A DNA stretch of 44,422 nt, taken from the IMG/VR virus record IMGVR_UViG_3300045988_020221, positions 1-44,422 of that record. The stretch is one strand, 5' to 3'. Shown piece by piece: positions 26,566 to 34,510 of this stretch. This stretch comes from a virus. The notes under the pieces are model-generated. The model was given only the letters and a program-made list of their open reading frames with translations. It was not told the DNA's origin and ran no database searches. Positions within the stretch are counted from its first letter, which is position 1, and the number at the start of each line of letters is the position of its first letter. The position numbers were made by a program, and so were the translations under genes.

Positions 26566-27809
26566 TCCCTCAGTTTCACAAGGCGCTTTGTGCGCACGAA
26601 ATAGCGGATAGCGTCCATGCAGTGGTCGTTGACCTTCAGCACGGTGTCGTCTTTATCTGGATCCCAAGCGTACACGCCGAATTCTTCCAGCGTGTGCTTG
26701 CAGTCTTTGTAGATCTTCAGCCGCCCGGTCTGCAGCATGGTCTGCACGTCCAGAATGCCGCTCAGAACGTCGTTGTTTGCGGGGGTCTGCGTGAATCCGT
26801 TCTTGCGCAGCTCTGTAATCAGGGGCAGGGCAGAGGGGTCCACAATGATCCTCTCTGGCTTGAGGCCATTCAGCCACGCCTTGAGGTCTGTGACGTACTC
26901 GCCCACGGTCTTTTGCCGCTTCTGTTCGCGGCCGCTGTAGTAGTACTCTCGGGTGCCGATCCAGCAGTCCGTATCTGCCTGCTTCTGGAACAGCAGAAAG
27001 GTCGTTGCGTTCTGTGTGCCGAAGTCGCAAGCCACATAAGCGCTCTTTGGAGACAGCGCCGGCAGCACATCAACGACGTGCTTCTTGCGGTCAAACATGT
27101 CATATACAAGGCCCTCGGCCACTGTCCACAGGCCCAGAATGTAGCGCTGGTAGAAAACGCCGCTGTACTGGCTGCGGTAGCGCTCTTTGATGTCCTCGGC
27201 AAGTGACAGGTTATCGTCCATCGTGAAATGGAGATACATCATCTTGCGAGAACGGCACTTGCGCACCCACTCGAGATAAAACCAGTGCTGCGGGCTGCCC
27301 GGGTTGCAGTTGAACCAGAATTTTGACCCGGTGACAGAGCAACGGGCTGTGGCCTGATTGACGAAGCTTTGCGGCATCAGGGCCACCTCGTCGAAGAACG
27401 CGCCCGCAAGGGTGATGCCCTGGATCAGGTCTTGGCTGCTCTCGTCCTTGCCGCCAAAAAAGTAAAACTCGTTGGCTTTGCCGCCCTTGCTGACGGTCAT
27501 GCAGTTTTCCGCCCGATGCTCCTTGACGTTGTAGCCACGGGCCGCAAGCTGCTGCTTGAGCGTCCCCATCACGTTGCGCCGGAAACTGGCGATGGTCTTG
27601 CCGCACATGGCAAACTGCTGGCCGCTGTAACAGGTCATAGCCCACTGGACAAAAGAAAAGCTCATGGCAAAGGTCTTGCCCGAGCGGATAGCCCCGTCTG
27701 CAATGATGCCGTTGTAGCCGCTGTATGCGCTCTGCGGTGTCCACCAGCTCAAGACCTGCTTTTGCCGCTGGCTGAGGGCTTTCCAGCGAAAACCGTTACT
27801 TTTCCGCAT
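26562..27809 (-). CDS. terL: terminase large subunit
   Basis: Walker A-like DGAIRSGKT. GGAGGAAGAGG RBS before the ATG at 27809. Confidence 0.88.
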   Translation of the reverse strand: MRKSNGFRWKALSQRQKQVLSWWTPQSAYSGYNGIIADGAIRSGKTFAMSFSFVQWAMTCYSGQQFAMCGKTIASFRRNVMGTLKQQLAARGYNVKEHRAENCMTVSKGGKANEFYFFGGKDESSQDLIQGITLAGAFFDEVALMPQSFVNQATARCSVTGSKFWFNCNPGSPQHWFYLEWVRKCRSRKMMYLHFTMDDNLSLAEDIKERYRSQYSGVFYQRYILGLWTVAEGLVYDMFDRKKHVVDVLPALSPKSAYVACDFGTQNATTFLLFQKQADTDCWIGTREYYYSGREQKRQKTVGEYVTDLKAWLNGLKPERIIVDPSALPLITELRKNGFTQTPANNDVLSGILDVQTMLQTGRLKIYKDCKHTLEEFGVYAWDPDKDDTVLKVNDHCMDAIRYFVRTKRLVKLRD

Positions 27810-28260
27810 GGTCGTCCTCTTCCTCCGGCAGCATGTCCACGTCATCCGGCGGGCTGAGGTCTGCGGCAGCGCTCAGAGCCTCAAGCAGGCCATCGTCCGG
27901 GGCCTCTATGCCGCTCTGGTCTCCCAGCATAGCAAACTTGTCCACGATGGTGCCGAACGCCGTGGACAGCTGCGGCAGCGTTGCTTCTGCAATTTTGTCT
28001 GGGTCTGCCATCGCTTTCAGGTACAGCTCGAGAAGATCCTGCGCTTCCTCGCGCTTGCTGCCCAAGTATGAAAGCATGTCCTGCGTGTTCTGCTCTTTTT
28101 TCTTGGCGCACAAATCTGCACATACTGGATTTTCGCTCACAACCTTGCGCACAGTGCTTTCGGCGACGTTGTTCAGCTTGGCAGTTTTGCGGTAATTGTG
28201 GAGCTGCACATAGTCCGCAATGATTTTCTTTTTCTGTCGGTCTGTCAGTTTTGCCCCCAC
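27796..28260 (-). CDS. terS: terminase small subunit
   Basis: GAGAGG RBS 8 nt before the GTG at 28260. HTH KLTDRQKKKIIADYVQLHNYRKTAKLNNVAESTVRKV. The longer track ORF would overlap a tRNA-like gene. Confidence 0.7.
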   Translation of the reverse strand: MGAKLTDRQKKKIIADYVQLHNYRKTAKLNNVAESTVRKVVSENPVCADLCAKKKEQNTQDMLSYLGSKREEAQDLLELYLKAMADPDKIAEATLPQLSTAFGTIVDKFAMLGDQSGIEAPDDGLLEALSAAADLSPPDDVDMLPEEEDDHAEK

Positions 28261-28330
28261 AGCCACCACCTCTCTAAACTCGTGCAAAAGAAAAACCGCC
28301 CGGAAATCCGAACGGTCAAAATATCGAATG

Positions 28331-28466
28331 TGCCGCCAGCCGGATTTGAACCGGCACCCACGGAATGGATGTGCGCAGTGGTTGGCTGTGCAGTGATGTT
28401 TCCGTGGTATCACCAATGTTGTCCCGCCTTAAATGGGCGGCGCTCTGCCAGTTGAGCTATGACGGC
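28331..28466 (-). tRNA. tRNA-Lys(UUU)-like gene with a 68-nt insertion in the variable region
   Basis: GCCGTCA/TGGCGGC acceptor, GCTC-AACTGGCA-GAGC D arm, CCGCC-CATTTAA-GGCGG anticodon arm, GCCGG-TTCAAAT-CCGGC T arm. 28356-28423 lies between the anticodon and T arms. Position 33 is A. Confidence 0.6.
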
Positions 28467-28571
28467 ATATAATAAGAGGCTTTGCTTGTCGGGTGCAAGG
28501 CCTCTGCATCCAGAACTTTCGCGGCTGGATGCCCCGCTATTGCACTCCCCGCTCTCGTCAGATCATGCAAG

Positions 28572-28644
28572 CACTCCCGGCAGGACTCGAACCTGCAACA
28601 TGCGGTTTTGGAGACCGCTGCTCTACCACTTGAGCTACCGGAGC
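28572..28644 (-). tRNA. tRNA-Trp (anticodon CCA)
   Basis: GCGGT-CTCCAAA-ACCGC anticodon arm, GCAGG-TTCGAGT-CCTGC T arm, GCTC/GAGC D stem. Acceptor stem has one G-G mismatch. No encoded CCA. Confidence 0.8.
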
Positions 28645-28650
28645 ATAAAA

Positions 28651-28720
28651 CGCCGCCCTTGGACTCGAACCAGCCAGCAATATCTCAGCTGACACGCACT
28701 CCGTACTGCGCTCAGGCGGC
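28651..28720 (-). other. degenerate tRNA-like element (70 nt)
   Basis: Acceptor GCCGCCT/GGGCGGC, D arm GCGC-AGTACGGA-GTGC and a TTCGAGT loop are present. The T stem has only 3 bp. The anticodon region folds as a 6-bp stem with the 9-nt loop TGAGATATT. Confidence 0.45.
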
Positions 28721-28754
28721 CATATAAAACAGCCCCGGTTCTCCGCCGGGGCTG
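28721..28754 (-). terminator. terminator-like hairpin abutting the tRNA-like 5' end
   Basis: CAGCCCCGG/CCGGGGCTG 9-bp stem followed by TTTTAT on the minus strand. Confidence 0.6.
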
Positions 28755-28874
28755 TTGTTTGACGCACATCCCGTCGGGAAGCCTACCCACACCCTCGGGG
28801 ATTCAAAGCTTTCTCTCGTGGCACGGGAGGTTAAGCGTGCAGCTTTGTGGGGGATGAGTCCATGCGCCATACGG

Positions 28875-28945
28875 TGCGATACGGCGGAATCGAACCGTCT
28901 CCTGTCTCTTATGAGCGACAGGCTGCCTTTATGTCAGTGTATCGC
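28875..28945 (-). other. degenerate tRNA-like element with a CTCATAA (Met/Ile2-type) loop motif
   Basis: Acceptor GCGATAC/GTATCGC is perfect and the T arm is GACGG-TTCGATT-CCGCC. The anticodon stem CTGTC/GACAG encloses 10 nt (GCTCATAAGA). The D stem has only 3 bp. Confidence 0.45.
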
Positions 28946-29117
28946 ATAGAAGCAGCCCGCAAAACGGTGAAGGAGAACAGGAAAGCATGAAAACCTGTCA
29001 CAAGGAAGGGACCGTTCTGGAAGCTGCGTGGCAAGCGGCCACCGCTTAGCGCTGAACCGCTTATTAAAATTTTACATCTAAGCTTGCAGACTTGAAAAGG
29101 GCCGCCCCCTGCCAAAA

Positions 29118-29639
29118 TCACGCTGTGTTTTCTTGTGCATGTTGTACACTTTGCACGTCAGAAAACTCTTCCCATATTTCAGCCAGAGCCATGCATCCGC
29201 GTTTGATTCGCCGGTAGACCACCTCTGCCCCACATACGCTGACTTCTCTTGCGATTTCCTTGTGAGACTTGCCCATGATATAGTGTTCGCAAATCGCTTC
29301 GGCGCATTCCGGCTCGGCTATCAGGCAGTATGCCCGCCGGGTGGCCTCGACACGCAGATTGCACAGGTCCGTCTCCATCCTCTGAAGCTGTCGGCGCTCG
29401 GTGTCCAGCTGCTCTACAGCGAAGCCCACCTTGTCCCCATTGCCACCACCCGCAGGCATCCCGCTCAGGCTCTGGGTGCATTTTTCTGCCACGTCCCGGA
29501 TACGCTGTATTTTTTGCTTCTGGATTTCGATAGCTGCTGCAAGGTCGCGGCACTGCTGGAACCACGTTTTGACGGTGCGGTAGTCCGCGCCGCTGTCAGG
29601 CTTTGGTGTGTCGGCGTCAGGTGTCCGCGTGCGAATCAT
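29118..29639 (-). CDS. late-gene transcriptional regulator with a sigma-70 region-4-like HTH (RinA/ArpU/DUF1492-like position)
   Basis: C-terminus EHYIMGKSHKEIAREVSVCGAEVVYRRIKRGCMALAE. Located upstream of the packaging genes. Confidence 0.65.
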   Translation of the reverse strand: MIRTRTPDADTPKPDSGADYRTVKTWFQQCRDLAAAIEIQKQKIQRIRDVAEKCTQSLSGMPAGGGNGDKVGFAVEQLDTERRQLQRMETDLCNLRVEATRRAYCLIAEPECAEAICEHYIMGKSHKEIAREVSVCGAEVVYRRIKRGCMALAEIWEEFSDVQSVQHAQENTA

Positions 29640-30009
29640 TGGCATGCCTCCTGTAGTAATCCATATCGACAGCTTGCCCGCAGCAGCGGCAATATGCAAC
29701 CGGTTTGCTTTCGCTGGCGTATCGGTTCGGCGCGTTGCATTCTGGGCAGTTCCACCACCCGAAAGATGCATCGTCCGTGTTCGGCCGCCGAATGCGTTGC
29801 TTTTCAAGTGCTGCTTCAATGTCTTTTTTATTCTGGGCAAAGTATGAAACATCGCCCGGCGCAATTTGGAATCGAACACAAATCTGTCTAAAATTACTGT
29901 CCCAGGTTTCGATACACAGTTCGGTTAGGACGCCCAAAAGACAAATCATTATGCCGAATCCGCCGACGTAGCAAAGCGTTGCGCCGATGACAAGAAAAAT
30001 TTGGTTCAT
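29617..30009 (-). CDS. membrane protein with a C-terminal zinc ribbon
   Basis: TM IFLVIGATLCYVGGFGIMICLLGVL. CPECN...CRCCG. Confidence 0.6.
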   Translation of the reverse strand: MNQIFLVIGATLCYVGGFGIMICLLGVLTELCIETWDSNFRQICVRFQIAPGDVSYFAQNKKDIEAALEKQRIRRPNTDDASFGWWNCPECNAPNRYASESKPVAYCRCCGQAVDMDYYRRHANDSHADT

Positions 30010-30398
30010 TTTTCGTCCTCCATTTCTTCAATCTCAATTTCCACCCTCGGGTTCTTCCGATCAAGCTCCACCCGGCTGCCATCGTGGGCGGCGACGATCT
30101 TGCTGTTGTCGTCCTCCAGCACGTGGGCTTTTACCAGAATGTCCGTTGTCGCCTCGATGAGGTTTGCCAGATCGACCCGGCGGGCGGTCTTCATGTAGTA
30201 AACGCACTTCACGTTCACGCGGGCAGAAACAGGGCTGCGCGGCCTTTTGATTTGCCGCAGGCAGTCCGTCTCATAATCCACGTAGGCCTTGCTAGGGGCC
30301 ACAAAGCGCCCGCCTGAGCGGCTTTTGAGGATGCGGGCAGAGTTTTTCTTGGTGCGCGGGTCGCCGTAGAGGGTTAAATGTATGCGTTTTTCGCCCAT
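30006..30398 (-). CDS. rusA: RusA-family Holliday junction resolvase
   Basis: LTLYGDPRTKKNS...RVDLANLIEATTDILVKAHVLEDDNSKIV. Confidence 0.8.
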   Translation of the reverse strand: MGEKRIHLTLYGDPRTKKNSARILKSRSGGRFVAPSKAYVDYETDCLRQIKRPRSPVSARVNVKCVYYMKTARRVDLANLIEATTDILVKAHVLEDDNSKIVAAHDGSRVELDRKNPRVEIEIEEMEDEK

Positions 30399-30402
30399 CT
30401 GC

Positions 30403-31100
30403 TTACCCCCATTGTTCAGCCATTGCTTTTGCAATGCCTGGCGCGGTTTTGCTTCTGGCTTTTGCCCGGCCCTCTTGGCCGTTTTGCGTTCCGCGTATGC
30501 CTTCGCACCAGCTGATTTTCTTGGGATTTTTCCCGTTTGAGACGTAAACAGGCTCTGGCGGCGGAAAGTTGTTTTTCCGTTCCAGAGGCGGCAGGTTTTT
30601 CAACCAAAGGCAAGTGCGCTTTGTGTGATAGTTTTCCGTGTCTGCTTCGTTTTCGGCAAAGTAGTACGGATGAATGACCTGGTCGGCTTTTCTGTACGCC
30701 GTGTTCATGATGCCCACAGGGTTCTCGACTGCAATTTTGGGGACATCAGCCAGCATAAACTGCATAAAGAAAATTGCGGCTTTTACACGCTCTGCCCACC
30801 GGGCAACAACCTTTTCCGCCGGGGTGACACGCAAGCTGAATGAGCGTGTTGCTGCATTGCTCAGGTAGGTGCAGGGCGGGTGTGCAATGAGCAAGTCCCA
30901 CTTGCCAACGTCATGCGTTACGCCGTCCATTGTCACGACTTGCCCCCCCCCTCAACAGCCTTGAGCGCATCTCCAAGAATATGCCACTCGGGATGCCCGC
31001 CGGACGGCTCCTGAATATCGCAGGAGTAGGCTTCGTGACCTTTTGCCCGAAACGCCTTGCATACTTCCTGCGATTCCTCACAGGCGATAAGTACTTTCAT
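30403..31100 (-). pseudogene. C5 DNA-cytosine methyltransferase-like gene split by a G9 homopolymer (frame OFF as sequenced)
   Basis: The N-terminal ORF MKVLIACEESQEV...AVEGGGKS stops at 30933. The downstream frame carries HPPCTYLS (PC motif) and AVENPVG (ENV motif). 10 or 7 G would fuse them into about 232 aa. Confidence 0.75.
30943..30951 (-). repeat. poly-G (G9) tract at the frame break
   Basis: Nine consecutive C on the + strand. Confidence 0.95.
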
Positions 31101-31315
31101 CTGTCCGCTCCTCCGTTCGCTCCCATGTACTTCTTGCGGCCCCGCTCCCGGTGGCGGTCCTCGTGGTCGTAGTGGTAGACTTTGCCTGTGTCCAGCATCT
31201 CTCGGGTGTAAGCGGCTTCTGCGCCGCGCTGGCGCTTAAACTCAGCGTACTTGGGGCAGGTGTCGTGGCAGATCGGGTGCCGGTCGGGGCAGTCTTTACA
31301 CGGCGTCATCGTCAT
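31097..31315 (-). CDS. small Cys-rich protein
   Basis: CKDCPDRHPICHDTCP. Confidence 0.6.
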   Translation of the reverse strand: MTMTPCKDCPDRHPICHDTCPKYAEFKRQRGAEAAYTREMLDTGKVYHYDHEDRHRERGRKKYMGANGGADR

Positions 31316-31778
31316 TTCTCAGCACCTCCGGCGGCATCGGCATCCAACCCACCACGGGGCGGTCTATCTTGTTGTCGTAAACGTCGTCCGGGTTGAAGTG
31401 GCGGTATTCCCACCAGCCTTCCGGGATTCGGTAGTCGTCCCGTTCCTCGTCGTATGTTCCCCAATCAGGGAGATCTTCCCAATTCCATTCGCTGTCCTCG
31501 GAGAAAACATTGCCGTCTTCATAGTGCGCTGTCGTAATCCCGTATCCGTCAATTTCGTTGCGGTACAAAACCAGCACTTCGGTTTCGATCTTCGGCGGGT
31601 CCGTTTCAGGGTTGCGCCATGCGGGAAAGAGGTCTTTTTCCTGCAAAGCAGGAAGTTTTTCAACCTTTTCTCGTGCTGCACGAAGGGTCAGCGAGATAAT
31701 GTTCTCTGCTTCTGCCTCCCATATCGTGGTATATTCCAAACTCTTTAACACAGCCTCGCGCCGGATGTATTCAGTCAT
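31296..31778 (-). CDS. hypothetical early protein
   Basis: ATG at 31778 overlaps the upstream stop (ATGACTGA). Trp/Asp-rich C-terminus. Confidence 0.6.
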   Translation of the reverse strand: MTEYIRREAVLKSLEYTTIWEAEAENIISLTLRAAREKVEKLPALQEKDLFPAWRNPETDPPKIETEVLVLYRNEIDGYGITTAHYEDGNVFSEDSEWNWEDLPDWGTYDEERDDYRIPEGWWEYRHFNPDDVYDNKIDRPVVGWMPMPPEVLRNDDDAV

Positions 31779-32115
31779 TACAAAAGCCCTCCATTTTGTG
31801 CCCGCAGCGACAGCAATAGGCATGTTCCGTGTGCCGGTCAAATGTTGTAAAAACCTCTTTGCGTCCACAGTTCCCGCACTTGCACTCCGCACCATCTGCC
31901 ATGCGCCGCACAATAATCCACTTTGCCGTCGGTCGCAAGCTCTCCGGGTCAATAGTGGGCGTATCGTTAATGACATCCAGCACTTGGCACAGCACCTCGT
32001 ATATTATCATGTGATACATGCCAACGCTGTGCCTGTGCAGCCCCTGGCATCTGGTTTTCCAGTCTTGGATATGCCTGCAAAGCGCATTTGCGTTAATTAA
32101 CCTCACTTCATCCAT
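31771..32115 (-). CDS. hypothetical protein with a zinc ribbon
   Basis: CKCGNCG...CCRCGH. Confidence 0.6.
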   Translation of the reverse strand: MDEVRLINANALCRHIQDWKTRCQGLHRHSVGMYHMIIYEVLCQVLDVINDTPTIDPESLRPTAKWIIVRRMADGAECKCGNCGRKEVFTTFDRHTEHAYCCRCGHKMEGFCND

Positions 32116-32290
32116 TTTCCAGCACCTCCGTTCTCACTGGCTTGATGTCCCGATACTCGTGGCAATGGTCGCCCGCCAGCTGGCAGGCCCGGAACTCTGC
32201 CGCAAACTGACTCGCGGTATTGATCCGGTATGTAAGCGCCGCGTTCCCGTGCGGGCCGCTGCACTCTACGATGACTTTGTATCTAGGCAT
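32108..32290 (-). CDS. small hypothetical protein (60 aa)
   Basis: GGAGG RBS before the ATG at 32290. Confidence 0.55.
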   Translation of the reverse strand: MPRYKVIVECSGPHGNAALTYRINTASQFAAEFRACQLAGDHCHEYRDIKPVRTEVLENG

Positions 32291-32621
32291 TTCGTCCTCC
32301 GTTCTGGTTTTCCTGCCCAAGAAGCTTTCTTTCTGCTCTGGACTTGAGCATCCGGGTGCGGGCAGCAAGGCAGCGCTTTACCAGAATCTGCTCGCCCTGG
32401 GCCTTTTCGATGGCCTTTTTCCACGCCGGGAGAAGCTGGCTCTGCCAGCTGCACTCCGAAATCACCTCGTGGAATGTCTTATAGGCCATATCATCCGGCA
32501 CATCCTTGAGCGATGAGTTCGCCCAGATCTCCGCGATACTTGCGCGGTTCTCTGCGGTCTGAGGCCGTCCAAAATAGGCCTCAGCGTCCGCAAGAAGCTT
32601 TGTCATCATCTCCACTGTCAC
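32283..32621 (-). CDS. hypothetical early protein
   Basis: ORF track. Operon context. Confidence 0.6.
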   Translation of the reverse strand: MTVEMMTKLLADAEAYFGRPQTAENRASIAEIWANSSLKDVPDDMAYKTFHEVISECSWQSQLLPAWKKAIEKAQGEQILVKRCLAARTRMLKSRAERKLLGQENQNGGRNA

Positions 32622-33352
32622 GCTTTCACCCCCTTGAAAATATTCGCGTATGCTTCTACGGTGCTTTCTGTGGCTTGTTTCCCACGAGGCTGTTCTTGTC
32701 GGCGCTGCTCATTCGCTGCCACGTCCCCCGGGGTGCGTATCCCGTCCCGCTGCCAGCCAGACAGGATGCCGTTGATGTAGTTCCACGAGCGCTTTCCGGC
32801 CTCTGCAGCCTTGTCAATCGCCAGCAAAATCATCTCCGTGCTGTACTCCTGCCGCCATTTTTGCAGTTTTTCCAGTGCCGAACGCGGGAAGTCGCCGATA
32901 GCCCGCTGGTAATGCTGGACGATTTTTGATAACTCCATATCAACGGCGGCGGTGTTATCGCGCTTTACAACATCTACATCTACATCTCCATTTACATCTA
33001 CATCTCCATTTACATCTACAGTTATTTTTGTTATGTCGTTATTAACATTGTTATCGTTTGTTATTTTTGTTATGTCGTCAGGCTTTCCCCAGCGCTTTGC
33101 CATGCCGCGTTTTCCGGCGTTGCTGCGTTTCTTGCGTGTTTCATCCCATTTTTCAGACGCCCGTTTTACGTCGCTGCACATAAATTTCCAGTTGCCACGC
33201 ATCCCACGGTCTGAAAATTCGGGTTCTTCTCCGGTTTTGGCATACCGTGCAAGAGCTCGCATCAACTGCCCAACCTCTGCGTCGGAGTATTCTTCCAGCG
33301 CGTCGAACCAGCTCAGATACGCCACAAATGACTTTTTATCGTCCTGTGCCAC
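32618..33352 (-). CDS. replisome organizer with a C-terminal DnaD-type domain
   Basis: C-terminus EMILLAIDKAAEAGKRSWNYINGILSGWQRDGI. Internal AT-rich repeat region. Confidence 0.75.
   Translation of the reverse strand: MAQDDKKSFVAYLSWFDALEEYSDAEVGQLMRALARYAKTGEEPEFSDRGMRGNWKFMCSDVKRASEKWDETRKKRSNAGKRGMAKRWGKPDDITKITNDNNVNNDITKITVDVNGDVDVNGDVDVDVVKRDNTAAVDMELSKIVQHYQRAIGDFPRSALEKLQKWRQEYSTEMILLAIDKAAEAGKRSWNYINGILSGWQRDGIRTPGDVAANEQRRQEQPRGKQATESTVEAYANIFKGVKA
32971..33078. repeat. iteron cluster (putative phage replication origin) inside the organizer gene
   Basis: 18-bp CATCTCCATTTACATCTA in tandem twice (32983-33018). 19-bp GTTATTTTTGTTATGTCGT at 33021-33039 and 33060-33078. Confidence 0.65.
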
Positions 33353-33402
33353 TCAATCACCTCCTTTGCGCGCCCGTATAGCCAGATAGCGCAGCTTTCG
33401 TT

Positions 33403-33891
33403 TTAGAACGGGAGGTCTTCGCTGTCATCAATGACTGAAAAGTCGTCTGCGCTGCCCTGCGAATACTCCGGCACGCTCTGAGGCTTCTGCGGGGCGCTGT
33501 GAGCGGCGTTTGCTTCGCGCACATGATTTTCCGTCTGCTGGTCGAAATCGCGCACAGTGGGCTTCTCTGCGGCCTTTCCGCCGCAAAAGCTCACCTGCGA
33601 CGCAAGAACCTCGGTAGCTGTGCGGTTGTTGCCGTTCTTGTCCTGGTACTGACGGGTCTGCAAGCTGCCTTCGATGGCAATCATGCTGCCCTTCTGGAAA
33701 TACTTGGAGACGAACTCGGCGGTCTGCCGCCACGCGGTGATGTCGATAAAATCGGCCTTGCGCTCTTCGCCCTGCCGGGTAAAGCTGCGGTCAACCGCGA
33801 TGCGAAAGCTGCACACGTTGGTGCCGTTCTGGGTGGTCTTGAGCTCCGGGTCGTAGACCAGACGGCCCATCAGCGCAACAACATTAAGCAT
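33403..33891 (-). CDS. ssb: single-stranded DNA-binding protein
   Basis: OB-fold N-terminus MLNVVALMGRLVYDPELK... Acidic tail DDSEDLPF. Confidence 0.9.
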   Translation of the reverse strand: MLNVVALMGRLVYDPELKTTQNGTNVCSFRIAVDRSFTRQGEERKADFIDITAWRQTAEFVSKYFQKGSMIAIEGSLQTRQYQDKNGNNRTATEVLASQVSFCGGKAAEKPTVRDFDQQTENHVREANAAHSAPQKPQSVPEYSQGSADDFSVIDDSEDLPF

Positions 33892-34510
33892 GAGACATTC
33901 CTCCATCTTCTTTCGGCTGCTTCTTTGCACACTCTACGCAGAGTATGCGGCCATATTTTGCTTTGCTGCGTTCCGCTGCCTGCTCAGCGGTCAATTTTTT
34001 CCCGTCCTTGGTTTTGATGCCGATGATTTTCTTTCCGCAGCAGGCGCACACCGGAACGGGGATGGCCGGAAGCGGGGTGTACTTGGTGGAGTCATCCTTC
34101 CAGTACACGTTCGCGCCAATCCCAAGCGCCTTGCAGGCCACGCTCTGGGCATCCGTATACGCCTTTTTGTAAGCGTCATCATCCGTTCGGAGCCCGCCGG
34201 ATTCCATCGCAATCAGCATAGAACCGCCGATTCCGGGGATGGGGGCGCTCCACGCTTCCCCACCATCCTGCATGACGTACAGATTCGTAAAACACTGCAC
34301 GACAACTTCGCCCTTTGCTCCGGTCTTTTCCTCGAACACCGGCGGGTCGAACTTCCAGCCCGTACCAGCCGGGCCAAAAAGCTCAGTCAGCTTCTTGATG
34401 CGCCACATGGGGTTAATATCGGTCTTGCCCTTCAGGCGGCCCGCTGCGATAGACTTCTGGGCGTCTTTGGGGACTTCCCGGCACTGCTCGTAAATGGTCA
34501 TTTTATCCAT
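33884..34510 (-). CDS. Rad52/Sak-like single-strand annealing protein with a C-terminal zinc ribbon
   Basis: GRLKGKTDINPMWRIKKLTELFGPAGTGW. CACCGK...CVEC. Lies next to ssb. Confidence 0.6.
   Translation of the reverse strand: MDKMTIYEQCREVPKDAQKSIAAGRLKGKTDINPMWRIKKLTELFGPAGTGWKFDPPVFEEKTGAKGEVVVQCFTNLYVMQDGGEAWSAPIPGIGGSMLIAMESGGLRTDDDAYKKAYTDAQSVACKALGIGANVYWKDDSTKYTPLPAIPVPVCACCGKKIIGIKTKDGKKLTAEQAAERSKAKYGRILCVECAKKQPKEDGGMSHA

Noticed and set aside
28331-28466. Reading the CAUUUAA loop as a UUA (ochre suppressor) anticodon.
   Set aside because: This would need a shifted 8-nt loop register. No phage gene I inspected shows in-frame TAA codons that would need suppression.
28261-29117. Calling the non-coding block a ROOL or GOLLD RNA outright.
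   Set aside because: I cannot recall or verify the consensus by eye. The contiguous non-tRNA segments are each under about 175 nt. It is reported only as a question to test with covariance models.
32971-33078. Possible CRISPR-like array, considered here and at the 36498-36578 repeat.
   Set aside because: The repeats are 18-27 bp, directly tandem or separated by a single spacer. They are in frame inside protein-coding genes and there are no cas genes. They fit iterons and a coding tandem repeat respectively.
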